Source of the DNA: Octopus sinensis
Taxonomy: Eukaryota
Direction: 5' to 3'
Length of the DNA stretch: 64,000 nt
Assembly: GCF_006345805.1 (NCBI RefSeq)
Contig: NC_043009.1
Location: forward strand, 4,712,001-4,776,000
Below, piece after piece: positions 1-13,400 of the stretch (position 1 is its first letter; each line of letters opens with the position of its first letter). Made by a program: the position numbers and the translations under genes. A model generated the notes under the pieces. The model made no database searches. It had not been told where the DNA came from and saw nothing but the letters and a program-made list of their open reading frames with translations.

Positions 1-52
1 TGCTGGTATGTCCCCGTAACTGAACGGTTCGGCAAAAGACATCGAAAGAATA

Positions 53-708
53 AGACGGCGAGCTGGCAGAAACGTTAGCACGCCGGGCGAAATGCCTTGT
101 GGTATTTCGTCCGCCGCTGCGTTCTGAGTTCAAATTCCGTCAAGGTCGACTTTACCTTTCATCATTTCGGGGTCGATAAATTAAGTACCAGTTACGCACT
201 GGCGGTTGATGTAATCGACTTAATCTGTTTGTCTGAACTTGTTTGTCCCCTCTATGTTTAGCCCCTTGTGGGTAGTAAAGGAGAAGAAAAAGAAGGCGGT
301 GAGCTGGCAAAAACGTTAGCACGCCGGGCAAAATGCGTAGCCGTATTTCGTCTGCCGTTACGTTCCGAGTTCAAATTCCGCCGAGGTCGACTTTGCCTTT
401 CACCCTTTCGGAGTCGATAAATTAAGTACCAGTTACGCACTGGTCTCGATATAATCGACTTAATCCGTTTGTCTGTCCTTATTAGTCCTCTCTGTGTTTA
501 GCCCCTTGTGGGTAGTAAAGAAATAGGTATTTCGTCTGCTGTTACGTTCTGAGTTCAAATTCCGCCGAGGTTGACTTTACCCTTCAACCTTCTGGGGTCG
601 ATAAATTAAGTACCAGTTACACACTGGAGTCGATGTAATCGACTTAATCCGTTTGTCTGTCTTTGTTTGTCCCATCTGTGTTTAGCTCCTTGTGGGCAAT
701 AAAAAAAT
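53..708 (+). mobile_element. Head-to-tail cluster of three family-A SINE copies (units start ~53, ~293, ~526; third is 5'-truncated)
   Basis: Repeated unit aaggcggcgagctggcagaaacgttagcacgccggg...gagttcaaattcc...tttcatcctttcggggtcgataaattaagtaccagtt...gccccttgtgggtagtaaag; A-box-like TGGCAGAA and B-box GAGTTCAAATTC; many more copies in window. Confidence 0.85.
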
Positions 709-822
709 AAGAATAAGTACTAGACATTCAACGAATAAATCCTGGTGTCGATTTGCTCGTCTAAAGGCAGTGCTCCCGCATGGCCACAGTCAAATAACTG
801 AAATAAATAAAAGAATAAAAGT
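709..822 (+). mobile_element. 3' tail fragment of family-B SINE
   Basis: aataagtactag...gtcgatttgctcgtctaaaggcagtgctcccgcatggccacagtcaaataactgaaa matches the 3' end of full copies at 20078 and 63341. Confidence 0.8.
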
Positions 823-1574
823 ATATAGACTTGCACACACACTCACACACACGCACACTCACACACACACACACAGACACACACACACACAGACACACAC
901 ACACACACACGTACACACACTTATACAGAAGGGGATATATATTGTTTCATTGAACTTCCTGGTGCCAAAATTATATACTCTCCAAACAAGAACTTAATCA
1001 TGATGATGCTGATGATTTAGTGCCGAACCGAATAGCATAGTAATTTTTGTTAAAGGAAACGACAATTGTTAAACTCGGCACCAGCAACTACTGAAGCGGC
1101 CTATGTGGGGGTTCTGTATAAGGCAGTGTAGTAGTTAGTTAATCAGTACACGCTAGGATGAGTCTAGTTAAGAGTGGGAGTCGGGTCATTAGTAAGGTTA
1201 AGTATGCCTTCGAGCCAAAAAGCGCAGAATGGGTCACTAAAACACACTAACTCTTCCATACAGAACAACTTAAATAAGTTAATATGTGCATAGCTTATTC
1301 AACCTTGAACGGAAGAAAATATAACTAAACAAAATAAAACGTGAACATAAACAGATAGAAATGAACGTTAAAAAAGGCATAAAACAAGGCGTAATATTTT
1401 TTTAAATATGTCAAAATAGTCTCACGAAAAAAAAACACAAAATGTAAAAAGAAAGTAAAAACATGATAGAACAAGAAAAAAACAAAGAAAATTTACTCAA
1501 CGGTAACAACAAAAACAAGGAACAAAATAATTGAGCTCTTGAAGTTCGTTTATTTTTCTAAATTAACCAACACA

Positions 1575-1688
1575 CACGCACACATGTTTATATATATATA
1601 CATACATATATATGTGTGTGTATATAGGTGTATATATATATATGTATATATATGTACGTATATATGTATATATATATATGTATGTATG

Positions 1689-1729
<41 letters not shown>

Positions 1730-1795
1730 TATATATATATGTATGCATGTATATATATACACACATATATGTCTATGCACATATATAACAATAAA
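1575..1795. repeat. (TA)n/(TATG)n compound microsatellite
   Basis: Direct inspection; source of spurious IYIY ORFs. Confidence 0.95.
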
Positions 1796-2217
1796 CAAAG
1801 TATTGTAAAAACAAAAAAAAACTTGAAGCTAGACTTGTTGATGAGAAAGCGTGGTGGTACTTGTTGCATTTAGTTTTTAAGCTCAACACATTTTAAGGCA
1901 AACAAGCAACGCACAGCTCTGAACGATGTGTTATAATTAATGCTTATTTTACACCGGCATTGTTTGTAAAACATTCAAACAATGTGTCAAAATTGCCACC
2001 ATATACATATACATCCATATATATGTTTATACAGACACAGACACACATACGCATGTGTATTATTGCCAACGTACCTGCCTGCTTACCTACCTACCTACCT
2101 ACCTACCTACACATACACACACACATATATATATATATACACGTATATATAAATATATATACACATATACGTAGATATATATATGCACATATATATAATT
2201 ATATATACACACACATG

Positions 2218-2255
<38 letters not shown>

Positions 2256-2332
2256 CACATATATATATAAATATATATACACATATATGCAAATATATAT
2301 ACACATATATATATATAAATATATATACACGC

Positions 2333-2368
<36 letters not shown>

Positions 2369-3116
2369 ACATATACGTATGTATTTATGTATGTGTGTGT
2401 TTCCATGTTTGTATGTGTTATTAGTCTGGGGCCAACTAATAGACCCCATTTGCATATGAAATTTCACTTCATATTCTTTGTGGAAGCAAACCTACACTGA
2501 CAAAACGTATACAGACACACTGCCAAACAACAACAACAGCAGCAACAACAACAACAACAACACTAATATACAGACACTTATACCAAAAATGTTACAAAAT
2601 GAAAAACAAAATAAACGGAAAGAAAATAAACTGAAGCATATGTACTTCTAATTAAGTTCGCTTTATGAAAGCTTTGCACACGAGAAAATATTGGACTTAA
2701 TCATGCATGCTTAGTTAGACACATATGTCCATTGTATGTGTGCGCGCGCGTGCGTCTGTAAGTACATGTGCCCGTCTGTTTGCTGTGTAAGTGTGCGTAT
2801 GTGTGTGTATCTGTGTTTGTATATTCGTGTGTTATTTGGTGTAAAAATTTAAGTATTTGTTTTTGTTTGTCTGCTTTTAAATTTCTGAATGTCTCAGTTA
2901 AGGGTAGTCGTTATAAGTATGTGAGTAATTATGCCAATATGTGCGTTTGTAACCGTATGCAAAAGCACTAAAATCTCACGTATACATATTTTGAAGCACA
3001 CACACACACATACACGCCCACTCACACTAATACATGTATCACAGTATCAGTCATTTATCTCAGGCCATGCTGGAGCGCTGCCTTCAGGAAACATAGTTGC
3101 TTTAAAATTTTAGCAT

Positions 3117-3312
3117 AAGGGCACTAATTTCGGAGGAAGGAGTAAGTCGGTTACGTCGGTCCCAGGGTTCAACTGGTTCTAAATTTATTGACTCCAAAAG
3201 GCTGAAAGACAAAGTCGACCTCGCTGAAATTTGATCTCAATACGTAAGGACGGACGAAATGCTGCTAAGGATTTTGCCCGGCTCGCTAACGATTCTGCCA
3301 GCTCGCTGCCTT
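3117..3312 (-). mobile_element. Family-A SINE copy (diverged)
   Basis: Reverse complement of family-A head (ctgccagctcgctgcctt) and body (aaagtcgacctcg). Confidence 0.75.
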
Positions 3313-3620
3313 AAAACGTTAAATGTTTCATTGATGTATGTTTCTCAATTATTTATGAGTTATGGGCCGTTAAAAGGCAACAAAAGAATACTGCTGTTTT
3401 AGAGCGGTGTACACATTAGGTGGAGTCTATGACAATATACTTAGGTCCAAGGAGCGAAATGCGTTACGCGAAGCTGTGCTTATATGTATCTCAGTGTTTG
3501 TGTGTGTGACAGATGACGTAGGGGCGCTTATATAACTAACAGAGATTATGAAACAGCTGTTACCTAATGGAATCAATATCTGTCTCTCACGTCATTTCTC
3601 TCATCTGTTTCATATATATA

Positions 3621-3817
3621 CTCTTTTTCTTGTTTCAGTCATTTGACTGCGGCCATGCTGGAGCACCGCCTTTAGTCGAGCAAATCGACCCCGGGACTTA
3701 TTCTTTGTATGCCTAGTACTTATTCTATCGGTCTCTTTTGCCGAACCGCTAAGTTACGGGGACGTAAACACACCAGCATCGGTTGTCAAACGATGTTGGG
3801 ACACACACATACACACT

Positions 3818-3849
<32 letters not shown>

Positions 3850-4020
3850 CATATATACGACGGGCTTCTTTAAGTTTCCCTCTAGCAAATCCACTCACAA
3901 GGCCTTGATCGGCCCGAGGCTATAGCAGAAGACACTTGCCCAAGGTGCCACGAAGTGGGACTAAACCCTGAAACATGCGGCTGGTAAGCAAGCTACTTAC
4001 CACACAGCCACTCCTGCGCC
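3621..4020 (-). mobile_element. Full-length family-B tRNA-derived SINE with internal (TA)n(TG)n
   Basis: Minus strand ggcgcaggagtggctgtgtggtaag...ccttgtgagtggattt...gaagcccgtcg(TA/TG)...gcggtgctccagcatggccgcagtcaaatgactgaaacaag; near-identical to copies at 20078, 35415, 63341. Confidence 0.9.
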
Positions 4021-4032
4021 TTAAGTGTGTGA

Positions 4033-4151
4033 CGCTTACAGCATCTAGGTTTCCCAACTGGTCACGCATCTAAGTACTAAATCGGCTCGACGTCGCTTAA
4101 CTTCTTTGCTCGGACGAGAACCGGTGCTTTCAACGTGATATGGCCGTAGGG
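4033..4151 (-). pseudogene. 5S rRNA pseudogene / 5S-derived sequence (~119 nt)
   Basis: Minus strand CCCTACGGCCATATCACGTTGAAAGCACCGGTTCTCGTCCGAGCAAAGAAGTTAAGCGACGTCGAGCCGATTTAGTACTTAGATGCGTGACCAGTTGGGAAACCTAGATGCTGTAAGC is colinear with metazoan 5S rRNA; the 3' half and box C region are degenerate and there is no downstream T-run. Confidence 0.88.
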
Positions 4152-4689
4152 AAGAGGGGTGTTTCTTGCTTTCATTCGTTGCATTTATTGTTGCGGAATA
4201 GGGAATAGGGACTTTAGAGACCTTATCGCATCTCAATTTCCTTGGAAGCATAAAAAGCTCGAAGTGGTCCGGAGCAACATTCTAGTTGTGCAGTGTAACG
4301 GTTCCGACAAAGTGAGAAAGAAATGGAGGCTAATGCATTTATGGAATTGAAAAGAGTGAATGGCGAAATTGACTTCAAAAAGATTTCATCTCAGAAAGAA
4401 ATTTGCCAGAATAATTGCCATATTAAGTTCGCTATGGGATGTGTTTTGAGTTGGATTTAGCTTTTGTTTTGATCAAGTTTAGCATTCGCATACAGACTTA
4501 TTCCGTGAATCTTGGAAAAGATTTTGGATCGTGCGCATATGTCACGTAGTTTCTAGTCGATGCAAAACTTATTTCCTAGACGATCCAAAGCTTTTAAATG
4601 TTAGTTAAATGTTAGTTGAATTTACATAGGTAGGTAGTTAGGGAGGTAGGCAAGCAGGTGTGTCAAAATTATACGAAATCACTGGCATT

Positions 4690-4742
4690 TACATTCGACG
4701 GATATTTGTCCGTATCTTGTTTGTTGTTAACACAACGTTTCG
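4690..4742 (-). mobile_element. Fragment of the hammerhead-tailed repeat seen at 11317-11762
   Basis: Minus strand cgaaacgttgtgttaacaacaaacaagatacggacaaatatccgtcgaatg matches 11711-11755 and 11370-11422. Confidence 0.75.
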
Positions 4743-4979
4743 ATCCATCACTGGAACTGTAAAGATCTGTAAAACTTTTCTGAATTTTATCATTTAAGTA
4801 AGTATGAGCATGTCTAGATATGATAATATATGCATGGGAATACATACATAAAACAAAATAATACGAATCTGCACATATACATATATACCATGTTGTAGAT
4901 GTTGAAATTCAAATGAAGGAGCCTTGGATCTAGGTTAGAAACCTTGAAATGCAACACAATAATGTCACACACAAACAAA

Positions 4980-5424
4980 CACATACATAGACACACAGAC
5001 ACATACATACATAAATACATACATACATACATACACACATACATACATGCATACATACATACATACATACATACATACATACATACATACATACATACAT
5101 ACATACATACATACGTTATGGCTACAACTCGAATTTAAGCAATGTTATTGCTTCACTGTTCAAAGCTGCAGATGTGGATTTTCAGTCCTCCTCAGGATCA
5201 ATTTTCTATGTACAGATGTGGTAGCGATGGCCGCCTCCTGCAGCAGATGTTCAAAATTATCGGCCACGCGATAAATTTCATTGAGGGTCATGTCTTATTT
5301 TGTGGTGCGGCCAGAGTTAAATATCATGCAACGCATAATAGAGATATGTATATATACTTAAATATGATAGCAATTATGTATGTATGTATGTATGTATGTA
5401 TGTATGTATGTATGTATGTATGCA

Positions 5425-5515
<91 letters not shown>

Positions 5516-5600
5516 TTATATATCTCTATCTCGCTTTCTCTGTCTATCTCCATCTCTCTCCTCTCTATATATATATCTATCTACCTACCTACCTACCTAC

Positions 5601-5674
<74 letters not shown>

Positions 5675-5773
5675 GTCTATCTATCTATGTATGTATGTAT
5701 GTATGTATGTATGTATGTATGTATGTATGTATGTATGTATCTATCTATCTATCTATCTATCTATCTCTCTCTC

Positions 5774-5850
<77 letters not shown>
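4980..5850. repeat. (ATAC)n array plus ordered compound microsatellite (ATGT)n-(CT)n-(TA)n-(CTAC/CTAT)n-(ATGT)n-(CT)n-(TA)n
   Basis: Direct inspection. Confidence 0.95.
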
Positions 5851-5851
<1 letters not shown>

Positions 5852-6199
5852 CAAACTTATTTTTTCGCCTGCGTGTCTGATTATTGTATATTCATGGATA
5901 CATCAGACAAGCATGTTTATATGTTTAACTTCAATGTTTTCTCTATTTACTTTTCGCAATGTTGGTTTGTGACAACTATTCCTTTGTTCAATAGGAGTTG
6001 TTTTCCACTATGTTCATAGTAACTAATAATGTGACAACATGGTTCTGTTTCTTAAACCATTGCTTTTTCTCTTCCATCCTTGTTTCCTTCTAAACTTTGA
6101 TAACACAGCATGAACTAGAAACAGAAACACATGTAGGTTTGTTGAAAGTACAGAATTTACATGAGGTTGATTTGCTTGTTTATGCTATTTCTTATCTAG

Positions 6200-6255
<56 letters not shown>

Positions 6256-6468
6256 CTCTCTCTATCTATCTATCTATCTATCTATCTGCCTGCCTGTCTG
6301 TCTGTCCTTCTGTCTGTCTGTCTATTAACATCTTCAGGTTTCCTTTTTTTCTTCCATTTCTTCCTTATGTTTCATGCAGCTCTTTTAGGGATTTTAAAAA
6401 TTTTTCTCGAGATATCTTAATATTATTTTTTTATGCATCATATTATAATGTTGTTAATGTGGATGTCG

Positions 6469-6810
<342 letters not shown>

Positions 6811-7131
6811 TTGTTGTTATTATTATTACAGTTGTTGTTGCAGTTTCTCTAAAATACAGAAGATCCATTAAGCATTTTGGCCACACTGTATTGATTTTCT
6901 AACGTTTCCCATTAGATCTCAGTGAAGAATATTTACTCTTAGACTTGTACGTTAATTTTTTATTTGCTCGCGTTGTCGTTATTCTGGCTGCTGCTGCTGC
7001 TGCTGCTGTTGCTGCTGCTGGTGTTGTTGTTATTGTTGTTCGCATGTTCTAAATTTTAGTTTTTCCTACCACTCTGTATTTTCCTCGTTTGTACTTCCCC
7101 TGTGACTGTTTTATCTTGCGCAGCGCGTGTT

Positions 7132-7346
<215 letters not shown>

Positions 7347-7478
7347 ACACATACACATATCTACTGACAGATATAGGAATATATATATGCACTTATTCAC
7401 ATTAATATATACACATGCATATGGATAATTGCTTACACACATAGACACATACACGAGCATCCGCACTCACACACACAC

Positions 7479-7527
<49 letters not shown>

Positions 7528-9188
7528 TTACATATCTTATTTTCTGTCTTTCTAGTTCTCTCTTCGACACATTATTGTATCAAGGTAAAAGCAATATGTC
7601 CGCTTTCTATAACATTTTTCTTTACTTTTTTATGATCACACAGTATACATTGAATCTTAACGCATAAATAAAGAAAGCAAGACGTAAAGAAAACCATAAA
7701 TCTCTTACAAAAAAATGAAAGAAAAAAGAAAAAAGAACGAAAACACAGTAACAAAAAGCGAATCGTAAAAAAATAGTTTTCTTCCGTTAGTTCAAACCAT
7801 TAATCAGTCTGATCTGCAATGAAACAATAGCTTGATTACTTAGATAGTGGTTTCAGTTTTGTAGGTATTCAAATGGAACAGAATCTCGTAGGTTTAATGC
7901 AATAATGCATTGGTAACTGGTAAAATCATGGATTCTTTTTTCACTTCTGTTTTAACGAAGTTCGTCAGCAGCTCAAAGAAGAAATAAGTTACGTCAGCAA
8001 ATATGGCGAAATATAAACATCCAGTCATCCATAATACATACGCACTCACTCTCACACACACACACAGACACACAGACACGCACACTAGTACATACACTCT
8101 CACACTCACACACATACATATATACATACATATATGCATACATTCATGTATAGACCATACATATCCTTTATATATATACACACACACACATACAGACATG
8201 CAGCATACAGATTCTAATATATATACATACATGCGGCATATAGATTCGTATATATATATATATATGTGTATATATATATATATGATTATTAAAAGGGCAC
8301 AATATGCACTTCTTTACTAGAAAGAAGAGTTAAAACTCTCCGAAGCCACGCATCTCTTACTGTATATTAACACGTACGGAGAATGTAGCAGATATACTGA
8401 AAAACCGTCCTCCTCAATTGTAAAACTACGCAGAGAAGTGTAGATATCCCAGCATCAATAGATTTCACTTCGGCACTCAAAGATCATCAACTAGGCTTAC
8501 TACGTAAACTATTTAAAAAATACATTTACCATTTCTTGCACGTTTCTTCAGCTTAAGGCCCTGCGACTTCCCAACGAACAACAGCGTGGAAGTATAAATT
8601 CAAAATTCAAATAAAATATCATTATCTTAAACAAATAAACATCTCTTCAGTTTCGCTCGCAGATTTTTTTAATTATTTGAAACTTTGTATACTGTTGTAA
8701 TTTATCACTATGAAAACCGTTTACTTTAAGCATTTTTGACAAAATGTCGTATTTTAGAAGTTATGTCGTGTTAAATTTGTCATATTTCGGTATTTTTAAT
8801 CAAACAACAATTGAAAGTCGAGGAACAATATGCACATGTTTGCTAGAAAGATGAGTTAAACTCTCCAAGGCCACACATACAGTATACATAGTCTATATAT
8901 TTCATATCTATCTATCTAGCTATCTATTTATCTATATATCTATTGTGTGTATATATATATGTGTGTGTATGTGTGTGTATGTGTATATATGTGTATACAA
9001 CGTACATATTCTTTTATGTATAAACACACGCATACAGGTAGATGGATAAGTAGATGGTTGGATGGAGGGAGGATAGATAGATTACATCTATCCATCTATC
9101 CACACGGAATAATTAGTGTGGATAGGGAGAGAAAATGAGAGACAAAGACAGACAGTTACACACACACACACCACACACACACACACCA

Positions 9189-9267
<79 letters not shown>

Positions 9268-9789
9268 TAAGATAAATGTCGATACGTATTTAAGAATTAG
9301 ATCAGGAGTGAGAGTGATCTTTGGGTGATAGTTTACAGGCGTGTGTAACTTTAATCTTATGAATTCTCTACTAGCATTAAATAAAAAAAAATATCATCTA
9401 TAATATTTTCTCTCACAACGTATTGTCATTCTATAGAAATGCAAATCCTGTCGTATAAAAATATTCTGCTGAAAATCCATTGATATTCCTGCGAATATTA
9501 TATGTCTTTAATGATGAATCCATGTCAAAATATGAAGCTTGTAGTTATGGTAAATAGCTTTCTTTTCTTCTATTGAGATCTTCATCAAGATTTTCAAAAT
9601 GGATGTTAGAAGCAATATAAGTACTAAGGTCAATTTTTTTTTTGTCACTGAGTTCTTCATTGTGAAACTTAATAAACATTGGATTATTAAATTATTCTAA
9701 ATTCTTGGTTCATGGAATATTCGGGATCATCAACAGAATTCGGTCAATGTGAAATTGCAGCACGTCCGAATTTTGAAAACGCAAAATTC

Positions 9790-9821
<32 letters not shown>

Positions 9822-9922
9822 ATTTTAAGGGCTAAAAACCACTATGTGGACAGCCATATGCTAGAAATAGATCACCTACGATCAAATTACAAAGAAAGAA
9901 TATTCTCTAGAGAAAAATATAT

Positions 9923-10147
9923 TATGGAGATGTACTTGCATAGCAAGTGACCTGATCTGATATCGTGTGCTGGAACGAAAACAATTGCAGCGTAGAAGGT
10001 GCTTATAAGTGAAGGTGCTTATCAGTGAACAGGTCGCGATTTCAAAGCGACGAAAATATTTTCACAAATTAAATTTAAATGTTGAAGTGAATCTAACGGT
10101 TTTTGTGTGTTTCTTAAATGGCTTAAGAACACCTTCCACTCAGCAAT
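9923..10147. mobile_element. Unclassified repeat (family F), rearranged copy: + fragment 9923-10010, - fragment 10022-10147
   Basis: Head tatggagatgtacttgcatagcaagtgacctgatctg shared with 30452; remainder is the reverse complement of 30497-30621. Confidence 0.75.
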
Positions 10148-10430
10148 ATATACTTCAGCGTATTGTGTGCAATGAATGGGTGTCGCCCTTGACGTATTTG
10201 CGTCTGTTTTATGATGTTTGATTATGAAATAACCTTGATAAGTTTTCGCTGGGATCTGCGGTCTGCTTGAGTAAAACAAATGTATAATGGGTCGCAAGGA
10301 GCAAATATATCGAATTATCTTGAAAACAGAATTCCTGAACGAAATAGATGCAATGTCATAGATTCTGATAAAGAGAACAAACGCCAGGCAATTGTGTTGA
10401 ACTGGCTTACGAATTCTATTTTATATAATA

Positions 10431-10928
10431 CTAGCAGTATCGCCCGGCGTTGCTCGGGTTTGTAAGGGAAATAACTATATAAGCATTTTTAGAGAGTTAT
10501 AGCCAAAACATAGCAAAAAATGCATTAAAAATGGAAAAAAAACGATGGTAAATTTTTTAAAAATCGTTGACTCATCGTAGACATTTTTAGAGAGTTACCT
10601 TCCGTTATATAATAGCGAAAAAAAGGCATTAAAATTTAAAAAATGATGGTAAATTTTTTAAAAATCGTTGACTCATCGTAGACATTTTTAGAGAGTTACC
10701 TTCCGTTATATAATAGCGAAAAAAAGGCATTAAAATTTAAAAAATGATGGTAAATTTTTTTAAAAATCGGAGACTCATCGTAGACGGGCGCTAATACCCA
10801 GAAGGGCTCGATATGAATCACGACTATAAGATACCCGGTTTTGGTTAAAATGCACCGCAAAATGTGGGAGTAGTTAGGAATCTAAATCGTAGGAGACAGA
10901 CACACAATTTCTCTTTTATATATAAAGA
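10431..10928 (-). mobile_element. Non-autonomous Helitron with internal ~101-bp tandem repeat
   Basis: Minus strand starts TC (tctttatatataaaag), ends with hairpin cccgagcaacgccggg followed by CTAG; inserted between A and T with no TSD; internal units ~10483-10580, 10581-10681, 10682-10783. Confidence 0.8.
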
Positions 10929-11316
10929 TTTCATACCGACTTCTTAAAGATGGTGCATGAGGAGAACGAAGGTCACTGACTTGGTGGAGAGAATGGTCGA
11001 CCATATTCATCCGCGTATATTCGACTCATACTAGCATTAATATGCATGGAATTCTGGAAGGAGAAAAACGACCTCATCAGAATCCACATTTAGAACATTA
11101 TGAGTGAGAAATAATAGAATATTGAAATTGGTCCGATGAAATACCCACTTTGACTATCCACATATATAAACAAATATAACGATTGGATAAGAAAAAAAGT
11201 ACTATTAGCTACGTAATGAGAGATTAAATACCCGGTCGTTTGACTTGCTAGAAATACCAGTGAAATTTTCAAAGTTTCATATCCTTATGTTTCAAAATGT
11301 AAAGTATAACGTTTGT

Positions 11317-11502
11317 GTTACAGTTCTATATTTAAGAGATGAGGAATTATGTACAATATTTACAATATTTACATTTGACGGATATTAGTCCTCATCTAGT
11401 TTTTTGTTAACATAACGTTTCGACTGATATACCCTCCAAGCATTCATTAGGAGTCTTGGAAAAATTTCGAACCGGGGTTCTCATTCCTAAGGTATTTTTC
11501 GA

Positions 11503-11556
<54 letters not shown>

Positions 11557-11588
11557 TATTATTATTATTATTATTATATTATTATTAC

Positions 11589-11641
<53 letters not shown>

Positions 11642-11762
11642 TCACTGCCTTGAATCGAACTCGGAATCTTAGTAGCCCGCGCTCTCAACCACTATGCGCG
11701 TGGGCATATAGTGTTAACAACAAACAAGATGAGGACAAATATCCGTCAAATGTAAATAATGT
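11317..11762 (-). mobile_element. tRNA-headed SINE-like element with (AAT)n middle, degenerate hammerhead tail and an inverted tail copy upstream of the head
   Basis: Minus strand A-box tagtggttgag and B-box gttcgattc at ~11700-11650; (AAT)n 11505-11637; ctaatga...cagtcgaaacgtt at ~11451-11415; 11711-11762 is an inverted copy of ~11358-11411. Confidence 0.7.
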
Positions 11763-11912
11763 AAGGTTTGTGTTGCCCTATTTACATTGTACTCAATCAA
11801 ATGGGCTGATCACCAGTGAAATTATTTTGATCATAGATAAGATTGAACAGGGTTGCTCTATGGTTAAACAAAAAATGCAACAAACGGAACCAAAAAAAAT
11901 ACTACAAATATA

Positions 11913-12074
11913 GGCGTTGGAGTGACTGTGTGGTAAGTAGCTTGCTTACGAACCACCTGGTTCCGGGTTCAGTCCCACTGCGTGGCACCTTGGATGAGTG
12001 TCTTTTACTATAGACAAGGGCCGATCAAAGCCTTGTGAGTGGATTTGGTAGACGGAAACTGAAAGAAGCCCGTC

Positions 12075-12163
<89 letters not shown>

Positions 12164-12375
12164 TTGTGTGTCTGTGTTTTTCCCCCAACATCGCTTGACA
12201 ACTGATGCTGATGTGTTTACGTTCCCGTAACTTAGCGGTTCGGCGAAAGAGACCGATAGAATTAGTACTAGGCTTACAAAGAATAAGTCCTGGTTCGATT
12301 TGCTCGATTAAAGGCGATGCTCCAGCATGGCCACAGTCAAGGGATTGAAACAAGTAAACGAGTAAAGAGTAAAGA
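11913..12375 (+). mobile_element. Full-length family-B SINE
   Basis: Same head, internal (TA)n(TG)n and tail as other family-B copies. Confidence 0.9.
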
Positions 12376-13400
12376 GACAGATGACAAGGTCGAAAATACT
12401 AATAAAAGAAGTAAGAAAACTCCTAAGAATTTCGATTGCCTTAAAAGGAAAACCAGTATTTAAATTCCTACTGTCAATAAAATTCTTCCACTAATCGGAA
12501 AATTATTTTAGCCATGGCAAATATTCACACCGAGTCGCAGACGTTCGCTCGTGTATCGCCGACATATAACAACCATCAATGATTTTGTTGGCTATCACCA
12601 GTTCCAATCTACAGCGCACACAGTTTAATGTCAAAAGAACGGCGCTCACCACATATCCTTTGTTACATATGAACGATGCTTCAACCTATCATATGACCAT
12701 ACTGCCGACTAAACTCTGATGACTTGTTTGTTGTGAGGCTGTCTGTCAATGTGGCATCCTTTCGACTATTAAGCCTAATTCTGTACTCTAATTAGTATTA
12801 ATGTTTCATTTCAGTCATTCCTGATTGAGTAAAACTATTCATATCGTCTATCATATATTTCTACTAATATTTAGTAATAATTTATTCAATGCGCCCATTT
12901 GTTTCACAAGACGCTAGCTTGCAATTTAGGCAATATTTGGCCACTATTTCTAACAAGTTTAGCAATGTATATTGACGTGTTGATCAAAAAGAAGATAGAA
13001 AAGTAGACACAGCCAGGATAATGCAACAACTGCACTTGAACATTTATAGGTGATAAGATGCATAAGGCAGGACAAACACACATACACTGCGCACGGACAG
13101 ACACACATATGTACGAGCGCGCACAAACTTTTGGACAATATTTTTATTAATTCCAAGTAAAATAAAGTCACTTCAACTTCCTAAATTTTTAAATGCTTTC
13201 TTCAATTCTCTTGCATTCTTATGAAGAAAGTAATGAGAAACACGTATGAAACGTCTTTGTCTCGTAGACGAATATTACATTTTGTGCTTATGAGAAAATT
13301 CACATACTGAAGGAAATTTTGAGAAGTGAATGGTTAGTTATTTATCGCCAATATTCCTAATACTGGAAATAATTAATAATTGATGCCATATTGTGCGATG

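Noticed and set aside
3510-3562. GAAACAGCTGT resembling the 37.2-kb HHR stem III
   Set aside because: Upstream core is cagatga with no pairing stem II
5142-5972. 276-aa ORF and the many IYIY/CVCV/YVCM/LSIY/poly-N, D, H, I, M ORFs across the window
   Set aside because: Translations of di-, tri- and tetranucleotide microsatellites that lack stops in some frames
10483-10783. Regular ~101-bp repeats as a possible CRISPR-like array
   Set aside because: No unique spacers, eukaryotic context, and lies inside a Helitron
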